Position numbers and translations under genes: made by a program. From Candidatus Latescibacterota bacterium (GTDB lineage Bacteria > Latescibacterota > UBA2968), in assembly GCA_038279365.1 (NCBI GenBank), contig JAYODI010000063.1, positions 3,447 through 35,182 of the forward strand: 31,736 nt of DNA, written 5' to 3'. Under the pieces are notes generated by a model. The model was not told the DNA's origin. It made no database searches and saw only the letters and a list, made by a program, of their open reading frames with translations. This document shows, piece after piece, positions 17,842 through 25,592 of this stretch (position 1 is its first letter; each line of letters opens with the position of its first letter).

Positions 17842-19032
17842 ATGGCAAACAGACCTAAACTGGCAGGTATTGTAACGGAGTACCGAAAATTTTCACATGG
17901 ACAACATATTTGTGATCGGTTTTTAGAAGGATATGGTTGGCAAGGGAGGCATCACAAACCCGATATGGATTTGGTGTCTTTGTATGTGGATCAACGGCCT
18001 GAAGGTGATTTAAGCCGAGATCGGGCAGAGCGGTTTCCGCATATGACCATCTATCAAACCGTGGCAGATGCGCTGTTGTGTGGAACGGATACATTGGCGG
18101 TGGATGGGGTGTTGTTGGTGGGGGAGCATGGGAAGTATGATACCAATGAAAAAGGGCAGAGGTTGTATCCGCGGTATGAGCTGTTTAAGCAGATTGTGGC
18201 GGTTTTTAAGTTGACGGGAAAGACCTGTCCTATTTTTAATGACAAACATTTGTCGTGGAATTGGGATTGGGCCAAAGAGATGTACGATATTTCGCAGGAG
18301 ATGGGGTTTGCGTTTATGGCAGGGTCGTCTTTGCCGGTGACGTATCGCACGCCTGCAATTGATTTTCCTTATGGAGAAGATGTAAGCGAGGCGGTTTGTG
18401 TGGCGTATGGTGGGGTGGATTCGTATGATTTTCATGCATTGGAGACGTTGCAATGTATGGTGGAGCGGCGCAAAGGGGGAGAGTCGGGGGTGGTGTGGTT
18501 GGAGGCGTATCGGGGAGATCGGTTTTGGGAGGCGCATGGGCAGGGGGTTTGGCCTCGGGATTTGTTTGAGGCAGCGCTTTGTCGGAGCCATACATTGAAG
18601 CCTGCTCGGGCGGGTTTTAATCATATTTTTCCGACGATTGATGAGTTGAAGCAGTTGGTGGAAGATCCGGTGGCGTATCAATATGGGCATGCCGATGGGT
18701 TGGTGTGTACGATGTTTTTGATGCGGGGGTTGGTGGAAGATTTTAATTTTGCTGCACGTATGGGCGATGGGCGTGTTTTGTCAACGCAGATGTATTTGCC
18801 GATGCCACCTGCACGCACGACGTTGGCAAACTTTTTTTCGCCACAGGCTTATCATATTGAGCAGATGATTTTGAATGGGAAAGCGAGTTATCCGGTGGAG
18901 CGGACGTTGTTGACAACGGGGTTGGTGGCGGTGGCGGTGGATAGTTTGCACCAAGAGCAGAAGCGATTGGAGACGCCACATTTGGATATTCGGTATGTTG
19001 CGCCGGAGGGGTCTACTTTTTGGAGGGATTGA
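17842..19032 (+). CDS. Conserved hypothetical protein, probable Gfo/Idh/MocA-like oxidoreductase (paralog 1)
   Basis: Long ORF with strong codon bias; shares extensive blocks with 19600-20772; VDGVLLV, NDKHL and AGSSL echo Gfo/Idh/MocA motifs. Confidence 0.7.
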   Translation: MANRPKLAGIVTEYRKFSHGQHICDRFLEGYGWQGRHHKPDMDLVSLYVDQRPEGDLSRDRAERFPHMTIYQTVADALLCGTDTLAVDGVLLVGEHGKYDTNEKGQRLYPRYELFKQIVAVFKLTGKTCPIFNDKHLSWNWDWAKEMYDISQEMGFAFMAGSSLPVTYRTPAIDFPYGEDVSEAVCVAYGGVDSYDFHALETLQCMVERRKGGESGVVWLEAYRGDRFWEAHGQGVWPRDLFEAALCRSHTLKPARAGFNHIFPTIDELKQLVEDPVAYQYGHADGLVCTMFLMRGLVEDFNFAARMGDGRVLSTQMYLPMPPARTTLANFFSPQAYHIEQMILNGKASYPVERTLLTTGLVAVAVDSLHQEQKRLETPHLDIRYVAPEGSTFWRD

Positions 19033-19121
19033 GGAGGTAAGTGATAGACAAACTTCAAAAACAAAGTTTATGGAAATTGTTTAAATAAACCGGCAATGAT
19101 TTGATAGTGTTTTTGATTCTT

Positions 19122-19187
19122 AGTCCGAAGGACTTTTCTATCGTAGTGCAGGAAACGCAAGTTCAGCGAAGCTCATTCATTCCTGCG
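19122..19187. repeat. REP-like hairpin element
   Basis: AGTCCGAAGGACT hairpin, then GTAGTGCAGGAA...TTCCTGCG stem enclosing a GCGAAGC motif. Confidence 0.5.
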
Positions 19188-19227
19188 CGAAGGTGATGTG
19201 GTTCCCGAAGTAATTTTTCAATCTCCA

Positions 19228-19440
19228 TTTACTTTGTTTGCTTTCGGCGACTTACTTTTTTTCAACAGCTAAAAAAAGTAAGCAAGAGGATGCGAGTAAT
19301 TTGAGCATCCGAAGAGCCGCCCCTCAAGTGCCGGGGGGGCTGATGTGTTTCGTCGCTTCGCTCCTCATGCTAAACAAGGGCACTTCGTGCCATTTCTGGC
19401 AAGCCAGAAAACCACCCGCTTCGCGTGTGCTTGTTTGGTC
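19228..19440. repeat. Structured intergenic repeat, copy 1
   Basis: Core 19249-19285 is 33/37 identical to 31545-31581; followed by hairpins GGCACTTCGTGCC, TTCTGGCAAGCCAGAA, CGCTTCGCG. Confidence 0.7.
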
Positions 19441-19599
19441 CGCAAATCTCTTTTGTGGGTACAACAGATAAAATAGCCTACGAGATCAGGAAGTTTTAAG
19501 GAAGAAAGAGCTGGACGGAAGGGTGCGGAAAATCATGATCGGTTGGGGTGATGGGGTTTGGTGATGGGGTTTTTAAACTTTTTTATTGAAAGACATGTT

Positions 19600-20772
19600 A
19601 TGTCCATTAAGAGAATTGCGGTTGTGACGACGATTTATCGGTACCTTTCGCATGCGCAGCATTTTGTGGATCGGTTTTTGGTGGGGTATCCGTATGAGGG
19701 GCAGTGGGTTCGGCCTAATGCGAAGGTGGTGTCTTTGTATGTGGATCAGCACCCGGATAATGATCAGAGTGTGGATCGGGCGCGGGAGTTTGGGTTTGGG
19801 GTGTATGGAACGATTGCTGAGGCGTTGCGGTGTGGGGGAGATGAATTGGCGGTGGATGCGGTGTTGATTATTGGGGAGCATGGGGAGTATCCAAGCAATG
19901 AGAAGGGGCAGAAGTTGTATCCGCGGTATGAATTTTTTAAGGCGTGTGTAGAGGTGTTTGAGAAGGATGGGCGGGCGGTGCCAGTTTATAATGACAAACA
20001 TTTGTCCTATAGTTTTGAGAAGGGGCAGGAGATGTTGGCCGATGCGAAGCGGTTGGGTTTTCCGGTGTTGGCGGGTTCGTCTTTGCCGGTAACGTGGCGG
20101 TTGCCTGATTTGGAGTTGCCGTGGGGATGTGAGATAGATGATGCGTTGATGATTGGGTGGGGTGGGTCTGATGCGATGGATTATCATGTTTTGGAAGCGA
20201 TGCAGTGTATGGTGGAGCGGCGCAAGGGTGGGGAGACGGGGATTCAGGCGGTGCAGATGGTGGTGGGAGAGGCTGTTTGGGAAGATGAGCGGTGGTCAAG
20301 GCGGTTGATGGAGGCGGCTTTGTCGCGGGGAGATTCGCCATTGGGATTGACGGAAGAAGATGCACGTACGCAGGATTTGTTGGGCAGTGGGGAATTGCAA
20401 CGTTTGGCAGAAAAGCCTGCTTTATATGTGATTGAATATCGTGATGGTTTGCGTGCAACGATGTTGATGTTGAATGGGGCGATGAAGGATTATTGTTTTG
20501 CGGCACAATTAAAAGGTGCGGCGGAGCCTGTTTCGACACAGTTTTTTGTGACGCCCATTCCCAATGTGGATTATTCGGCGTGTTTGGTGCATAAAATTGA
20601 TGAGATGTTTCAAACGGGTGTGGCGCCTTTTCCGGCTGAAAGGACGCTGATTGTGAGTGGGATGTTGGAAAGTTGTTTGGATTCTAAGATACAAGGTGGT
20701 GTGCGTTTGGAAACCCCACATTTGGATGTGGCGTATCAGGCACCCAAAATGTCACATCATGGCCGATCTTAA
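19600..20772 (+). CDS. Conserved hypothetical protein, probable Gfo/Idh/MocA-like oxidoreductase (paralog 2)
   Basis: Shares SH.QH..DRFL.GY, VSLYVDQ, GEHG.Y..NEKGQ.LYPRYE.FK, NDKHLS, AGSSLPVT, QCMVERRKGGE, P.ERTL with paralog 1. Confidence 0.7.
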   Translation: MSIKRIAVVTTIYRYLSHAQHFVDRFLVGYPYEGQWVRPNAKVVSLYVDQHPDNDQSVDRAREFGFGVYGTIAEALRCGGDELAVDAVLIIGEHGEYPSNEKGQKLYPRYEFFKACVEVFEKDGRAVPVYNDKHLSYSFEKGQEMLADAKRLGFPVLAGSSLPVTWRLPDLELPWGCEIDDALMIGWGGSDAMDYHVLEAMQCMVERRKGGETGIQAVQMVVGEAVWEDERWSRRLMEAALSRGDSPLGLTEEDARTQDLLGSGELQRLAEKPALYVIEYRDGLRATMLMLNGAMKDYCFAAQLKGAAEPVSTQFFVTPIPNVDYSACLVHKIDEMFQTGVAPFPAERTLIVSGMLESCLDSKIQGGVRLETPHLDVAYQAPKMSHHGRS

Positions 20773-20808
20773 AAGATGGATTGTGGGGGTTGTATCTTCT
20801 TTTAGGTC

Positions 20809-20837
20809 TTGACACAACGTTCGCTTTCAAACATACT
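20809..20837 (+). promoter_or_regulatory. Sigma70-type promoter
   Basis: TTGACA-N17-CATACT upstream of the diguanylate cyclase gene. Confidence 0.6.
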
Positions 20838-20872
20838 TATAGCCAACCCTAGCCAACCCTTTTGCTCTTTAA

Positions 20873-21790
20873 GTGATTATGCCCAGAATTTTACTTGTAG
20901 ATGACGATCCTGCATTGCGTTTGTTTGTTGAAGCAACGCTCACAAAAGAAGGTCATGAAGTCGATCTATTGCCTGATGCAGATGATATTTTGGCACAATT
21001 AGATGCTTTGTCACCTGATTTGCTGATTCTCGATTTGACTTTGCCTCATATATCGGGTTATGATGTTTTAAAGAATGTGCGCAAAGAATCGCGATTTGAT
21101 ATTATTCCTATTGTGTTGTTTTCTGCGCAAGACGATACCAAGGCAAAGATTAAAGGGCTCGATTTGGGTGCTGTGGACTATTTGGTGAAGCCGATTCCTT
21201 CCGATGAATTGGCGGCACGTGTTCGGGCATTGATTCGACAAAAGAAACGCCAAGATGAATTGTTGGCTGAATATAAACGTTTGTCGGAGTTGTCGTTAAC
21301 AGATCCACTTACGGGCGCTTATAATCGGCGGGCACTCAATACGTTTTTGCGTTCGCGGTTGGCTGAGGCCTCTCGGCATAAAACGCCATTTTCATGTGTG
21401 ATGTTTGATTTGGATCATTTTAAGCTGGTCAATGATACGCACGGACATGATACAGGCGATTTGGTTTTGCGAGAAGTGGCGGCTTTGACCATTGCGTTGT
21501 TTCGCCAAGAGGACGCTTTGGTTCGTTTTGGAGGTGAAGAATTTTTGGCCATTTTGCAACATACAACCAAGGAAGGTGCGCGCACGTTTTCTGAGCGTTT
21601 GCGTTCTGAAATTGCAGGGCGTACGTTTAATGAAGATAAGTTTCCTTTGGAGATTACATTAAGTGCAGGGGTAGCGAGTTTTCCTGAAGATGGTGGTTTT
21701 GATGACCCGCATGAAATGATTACGTTGGCTGATCGTCGGTTGTATGTTGCCAAAGGAAGTGGACGTAATCGGGTGGTGTTTGAAGGATAA
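20873..21790 (+). CDS. Response-regulator diguanylate cyclase (REC + GGDEF, PleD/WspR-like)
   Basis: LLVDDD, LILDLTLP (phospho-Asp), DYLVKP; TDPLTG..NRR, DLDHFK..ND..GH..GD, RQED I-site, GGEEF; start may be 20873 or 20879. Confidence 0.95.
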   Translation: MIMPRILLVDDDPALRLFVEATLTKEGHEVDLLPDADDILAQLDALSPDLLILDLTLPHISGYDVLKNVRKESRFDIIPIVLFSAQDDTKAKIKGLDLGAVDYLVKPIPSDELAARVRALIRQKKRQDELLAEYKRLSELSLTDPLTGAYNRRALNTFLRSRLAEASRHKTPFSCVMFDLDHFKLVNDTHGHDTGDLVLREVAALTIALFRQEDALVRFGGEEFLAILQHTTKEGARTFSERLRSEIAGRTFNEDKFPLEITLSAGVASFPEDGGFDDPHEMITLADRRLYVAKGSGRNRVVFEG

Positions 21791-21794
21791 TTAA

Positions 21795-21846
21795 GTCACA
21801 GGTCTCAGGTCAAAAGGCTTTTTGATTCTGACTTGAGACTTGCGAC
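21795..21846. repeat. Imperfect inverted repeat of 7-mer units (same family as 17596-17693)
   Basis: GTCACAGGTCTCAGGTCA...TGACTTGAGACTTGCGAC. Confidence 0.65.
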
Positions 21847-21941
21847 AATTTTATAATTATTTATAGGTCTCTATCGCTTTGTTGATGTGCGGTTAGGGGC
21901 CTTTGGTTTTTGTGTCTGTTTTGTAATAAAGTTTGAGGCCT

Positions 21942-23726
21942 ATGTTTCAGTTTTCTGCCAATGATTTTCTTGCTTGTAATGGCACACGCCAAGGTGCAAC
22001 GCATTTGCACCAACGCATGAAGGTGTTGTGTGATGCATTGACCCCTCGCTTGACGGAGTTGTTTTCTGATCTTGTTCCCGTTGTATCTCCCATTTATACG
22101 ACATTAGATTATAAGCCCAATCAAAACCGACCACGCGATCATGCCTGTTTGTATTTTGTAGATCGCAAACTGAAGAAGAGCGCGTTTCCTCGGTTGCCTC
22201 AGCTTGGGGTTTATGTGCATCAAAATGCTTTGGCCATTGGGTTTTATTCGGGGTGGTGGTCTCAGGACGCCATGCAAAAGGCAATTGCAGATCGGAAGGC
22301 TTTTCGTGGGTTGGTGCCCCGAAAGGGCTATCGGTGTTTGGCAGGCGATGTGATTGTGGCTTCTCCTGATGGCTCGGTGATGTGGTCTCCTGCCAAGTTA
22401 GATGGTGTGGATCGGTCGTTGTTTGTTGGGCAAATTTATGCGGTGGATGATGACGTTGTTTTGTGTACAGGCATAGCAGATGTGATTGTAGATGTGTTGA
22501 CAGATTTGTATCCCATGTATGCTCATTTTGTGACACAACGTCGTTTGGTGTCTGAAACGTCTGTTGAATATGTTGTAGAACCATCAGACCCGAGTATGGT
22601 GCGTGATGCCTTGGCACCTGAAGAGGCTGAGTTGGTGGTGATGCTGTATCGGTATTTGAATTTGCAGGGATTTCGCATTGCACCCGAAATGCTTTACAAT
22701 GTGTATTTGTGCTTGAAGACGAAGCCGTTTATGATGTTGGCGGGGATATCAGGCACGGGCAAGAGTACGGTGATTCGGTTGATTGCTGAAGCGATCAATG
22801 GTATGGATCGGGGACGGGCATTGGGATATCAGTTGATTCCGGTGCGACCCGATTGGCATGACGTACGCGATTTGTTGGGTTTTGAAAATTTGCTGACGGG
22901 CAAGTTTCGGGTGGGTACGCTTTTGCAGGCGATGTTGGCGGCAAAAGCCGAGCCTGATCGGCCGTTTTTTGTGTGTTTGGATGAGATGAACTTGGCGCGC
23001 GTGGAACATTATTTTGCCGATTTTTTGAGTGTGTTGGAAACGGCACGGCGTGTGTCTGATGCCGAGTGGACAACAGATTTGGTTGTGTTGGCACAAGGAT
23101 GTGAACAGATTGAGACCGACGGATTGGGCGAGATTGTGGCACAGATGTCGATTCCGTCTAATTTGTTTGTCGTAGGTACGGTGAATATGGATGAGACAAC
23201 GTATGCGTTTAGTCCGAAGGTGTTGGACCGAGCCAATACGGTGGCATTTGACGAGGTTGATTTGGGGATTTCGGATACCTGGAGGGATGCACAAATTGAT
23301 TCGGGGCAGTTGCGAGATTTGGGCATGGCGTTGTGTGATCGACCCTATCGACAGTTGGATGATATTCGTCATCGGGAAGAAGTGATGGCTTGGAATACGT
23401 CTATTGAAGCCATTAATGCGATTTTGTTGGAGGAGAACTTGCATTTTGCGTATCGCATTCGCGATGAGATGTTGCGGTATATGGCTTATGCGTTGGATTT
23501 GATAGAATCATTGCCAACGGGGGCACCGTTGTTTACGGCTCAGGATGCGTTTGATTTTCAAATTTTACAAAAGGTGTTGCCACGGCTGACTGGGGCGGGA
23601 GATGAGGCGGGTGAGGTGTTGGATGGGTTGATTGCATTTTGTGAGGGGGAGTATGTGCGTTCGGCGCAAAAGTTGGGGCGGATGAAACGGCGGTTGGAGC
23701 GGACGGGGTTTGTGAGTTTTTGGTAG
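21942..23726 (+). CDS. McrB-family AAA+ GTPase with YktB/DUF1054-like N-terminal domain
   Basis: KPFMMLAGISGTGKS, IPVRPDW.D..DLLG, LDEMNLARVEHYFADFLS, GTVNMDETT..FSPKVLDRAN, QKVLPRL, GFVSFW. Confidence 0.9.
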   Translation: MFQFSANDFLACNGTRQGATHLHQRMKVLCDALTPRLTELFSDLVPVVSPIYTTLDYKPNQNRPRDHACLYFVDRKLKKSAFPRLPQLGVYVHQNALAIGFYSGWWSQDAMQKAIADRKAFRGLVPRKGYRCLAGDVIVASPDGSVMWSPAKLDGVDRSLFVGQIYAVDDDVVLCTGIADVIVDVLTDLYPMYAHFVTQRRLVSETSVEYVVEPSDPSMVRDALAPEEAELVVMLYRYLNLQGFRIAPEMLYNVYLCLKTKPFMMLAGISGTGKSTVIRLIAEAINGMDRGRALGYQLIPVRPDWHDVRDLLGFENLLTGKFRVGTLLQAMLAAKAEPDRPFFVCLDEMNLARVEHYFADFLSVLETARRVSDAEWTTDLVVLAQGCEQIETDGLGEIVAQMSIPSNLFVVGTVNMDETTYAFSPKVLDRANTVAFDEVDLGISDTWRDAQIDSGQLRDLGMALCDRPYRQLDDIRHREEVMAWNTSIEAINAILLEENLHFAYRIRDEMLRYMAYALDLIESLPTGAPLFTAQDAFDFQILQKVLPRLTGAGDEAGEVLDGLIAFCEGEYVRSAQKLGRMKRRLERTGFVSFW

Positions 23727-23750
23727 GTTGCCTTCGAGCAAGGGTTTCAG

Positions 23751-23789
23751 TAAAAAAGAGGCTTCGGTTTTTCCGAAGCCTCTTTTTTA
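23751..23789. terminator. Bidirectional intrinsic terminator
   Basis: TAAAAAAGAGGCTTCGG-ttttt-CCGAAGCCTCTTTTTTA. Confidence 0.85.
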
Positions 23790-23823
23790 TCAAAACTCAC
23801 GTTGTGTAGATTGCCCATCGACT

Positions 23824-24144
23824 TCAAACCCCATAAGCCACTTCTTGGTATGGCTCACCTTTTTTGTGAGGGCTTATTTGGATTGTTACTTTTTGGTTCA
23901 GCCGTTTAAGAAACTCAAGGAGTTTATCTGTGGAAAAACGGCTAAAATGGCCATTCATTAAGTGGGATACTTCTACTTGTTTAATTCCCAACAAAATGGC
24001 AATCTCACGTTGCTTAAGGTTTCTTTCCTTGAGAATAGCAAAAACATGATAACCGATTTCTGACCGTGTTTGCAATTCGTTGGCATCTTCAAGCCCCAGA
24101 TCGGCAAACACATTACCACTGCTTTCTTCAAATTCAATGCTCAT
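23824..24144 (-). CDS. XRE/HTH_37 HigA-type antitoxin (orphan)
   Basis: ESSGNVFADLG, LKQREIA.LLGIKQ.EVS.LM.G.FSRFSTDKL; AGGAG SD before ATG 24144. Confidence 0.9.
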   Translation of the reverse strand: MSIEFEESSGNVFADLGLEDANELQTRSEIGYHVFAILKERNLKQREIAILLGIKQVEVSHLMNGHFSRFSTDKLLEFLKRLNQKVTIQISPHKKGEPYQEVAYGV

Positions 24145-24186
24145 TTTTGTCAAGCTCCTGCGCTTCTTTGGTGGTATCGCGTCCAT
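24134..24186 (-). pseudogene. Remnant of cognate RelE/Gp49-type toxin gene (start and end retained, interior deleted)
   Basis: MDAIPPK after a GGAG SD, joined out of frame to KEAQELDKNEH*, whose stop overlaps the antitoxin start. Confidence 0.5.
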
Positions 24187-24216
24187 TAAAGTAATATCTC
24201 CGTTACCCCTTTAATG

Positions 24217-24236
24217 TTATAGGAAATTTCCTATAA
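24217..24236. promoter_or_regulatory. Perfect 20-bp palindrome, putative antitoxin operator
   Basis: TTATAGGAAATTTCCTATAA, lying between minus-strand TTGCTT and TAACAT promoter-like hexamers. Confidence 0.7.
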
Positions 24237-24293
24237 AAGCAATTTATTTTTTCAGCTGATCGTTCAAAATTCTATCGAAGAATATGCCATTGA

Positions 24294-25556
24294 TCATAGT
24301 TTGGTAAAGTGTAGGTTAAAAACACGGTCGGTTTGAATGGTGAAGCCGACAATGGTGTTTTGGTGGTTGCGTTGGAATTGGATGGTTTTGTTTTGGGTTT
24401 GGAATTGGTCATTGCCTTGGGAGCGCAAGGGTTCGTTGTAGGTGGTTGGATGGGTGATGATGAGGTCGCCGTTTTGAACAGTTATTGAATATGTGATATC
24501 GAGTTCGTGGCTGTGGTATTGGCCGGTGAAGTCGGTGAGGCGAAAGTGGTCGGCGAGGTAGATGTCTGCGACACGTTGGCAAAGTTGGGTGGCGTTGATT
24601 TCGGCCGTATTTGCCAAGCAGATGACGGAGAAATTTTGATTGGGGAAGCGGTAGAGGTTGGTGCGAAAACCGAGCATGCCGCCTGCATGGTTGATGACGC
24701 GTAGGCCTTTGTAGTCGCCTACTTGGAGGCCAAAGGCGTAGGTGAGGGTTTCGCCTGAGTTGCGTTTGCCGGGGGTGGTGAGGGTGTTGATGAAGGTTTC
24801 GTTGCCGACTTTGGGGGCGTAAAAGTTTTGATCCCAGAGGGCAAGGTCACTCACGGTGGTGAGGAGGCCACCACTGCCAACGATGTCGAAGTTTTTGGGG
24901 TAGGGAATGTACTCATTGTTTTTGAGGTGGTAACTGACGACGCGGTTGGAGATGTGTTCGGTGTGGTCGTCGTCGAAGTGGGTATGGGTCATGCCAAGTG
25001 GGGCGAAGATGTTGGTGTGGGCAAATTGACGGAAGGTTTGACCTGAGATGCGTTCGACAATTTCGGCCATGAGGAGGTAACCGGCGTTGCAGTATTTGTA
25101 TTGTTCGCCGGGTGGAAAGTTGAGGTGTTCTTGGCGGGCAATGAGTTTGAGGAGGTCGGCATTGTTGTAGGTGGCTTCGGTGGTGTTGATGCCTGATAGG
25201 TCGAGCAGGGTGAGTGAGTCGCGCAGGCCACTGGTGTGGTGAACGAGGTGACGAATGGTGATGGGGTGGTTGTAAATGGGCATTTCGGGTATGTGGTGGC
25301 AGATATCGTCGTCGAGATCTAATTTGCCTTGTTGTGCGAGAAGGAGGATGCAGGCGGCGGTGAATTGTTTGGAGGTGGAGGCGATGTAGAAGACCGAGTC
25401 GGGGGAAATGGAGACATTGTTTTCAAGGTCGGCCATGCCGTAACCCTGTTGGTAGATGATGGTGCCGTTTTGAATGACGGCGAGCATACAGCCGGGTGTG
25501 TGCGTGGTGTTCCATTGGGAAAAGAGGGCGTCTGTTTGGTGTGTGAGGTTGGACAT
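24294..25556 (-). CDS. Serine hydrolase, beta-lactamase/AmpC-like family
   Basis: ASTSKQF (SxxK), HHTSGL, F.PGEQYKYCN (YxN), HAGG. Confidence 0.92.
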   Translation of the reverse strand: MSNLTHQTDALFSQWNTTHTPGCMLAVIQNGTIIYQQGYGMADLENNVSISPDSVFYIASTSKQFTAACILLLAQQGKLDLDDDICHHIPEMPIYNHPITIRHLVHHTSGLRDSLTLLDLSGINTTEATYNNADLLKLIARQEHLNFPPGEQYKYCNAGYLLMAEIVERISGQTFRQFAHTNIFAPLGMTHTHFDDDHTEHISNRVVSYHLKNNEYIPYPKNFDIVGSGGLLTTVSDLALWDQNFYAPKVGNETFINTLTTPGKRNSGETLTYAFGLQVGDYKGLRVINHAGGMLGFRTNLYRFPNQNFSVICLANTAEINATQLCQRVADIYLADHFRLTDFTGQYHSHELDITYSITVQNGDLIITHPTTYNEPLRSQGNDQFQTQNKTIQFQRNHQNTIVGFTIQTDRVFNLHFTKL

Positions 25557-25592
25557 TGTTGGCTTTCTGCGCGATGTGGGTATGATGTTTGT

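Noticed and set aside
19238..19471. Small protein family sharing YFFSTAKKS with ORF 31438-31695
   Set aside because: The similarity comes from the shared DNA hairpin repeat, whose changes are base-pair compensatory; starts are non-ATG and lack an SD.
18010..20539. Long antisense ORFs (also 15668-16423, 21940-23444, 25329-25973)
   Set aside because: These are shadows of well-supported genes, favoured by the skewed codon usage, and have low-complexity P/H/T/I or V/G composition.
20873..23726. Diguanylate cyclase plus McrB as one signalling-defence operon
   Set aside because: They are separated by 150 nt containing an inverted repeat and a second hairpin with a T-rich tail; adjacency alone is insufficient evidence.
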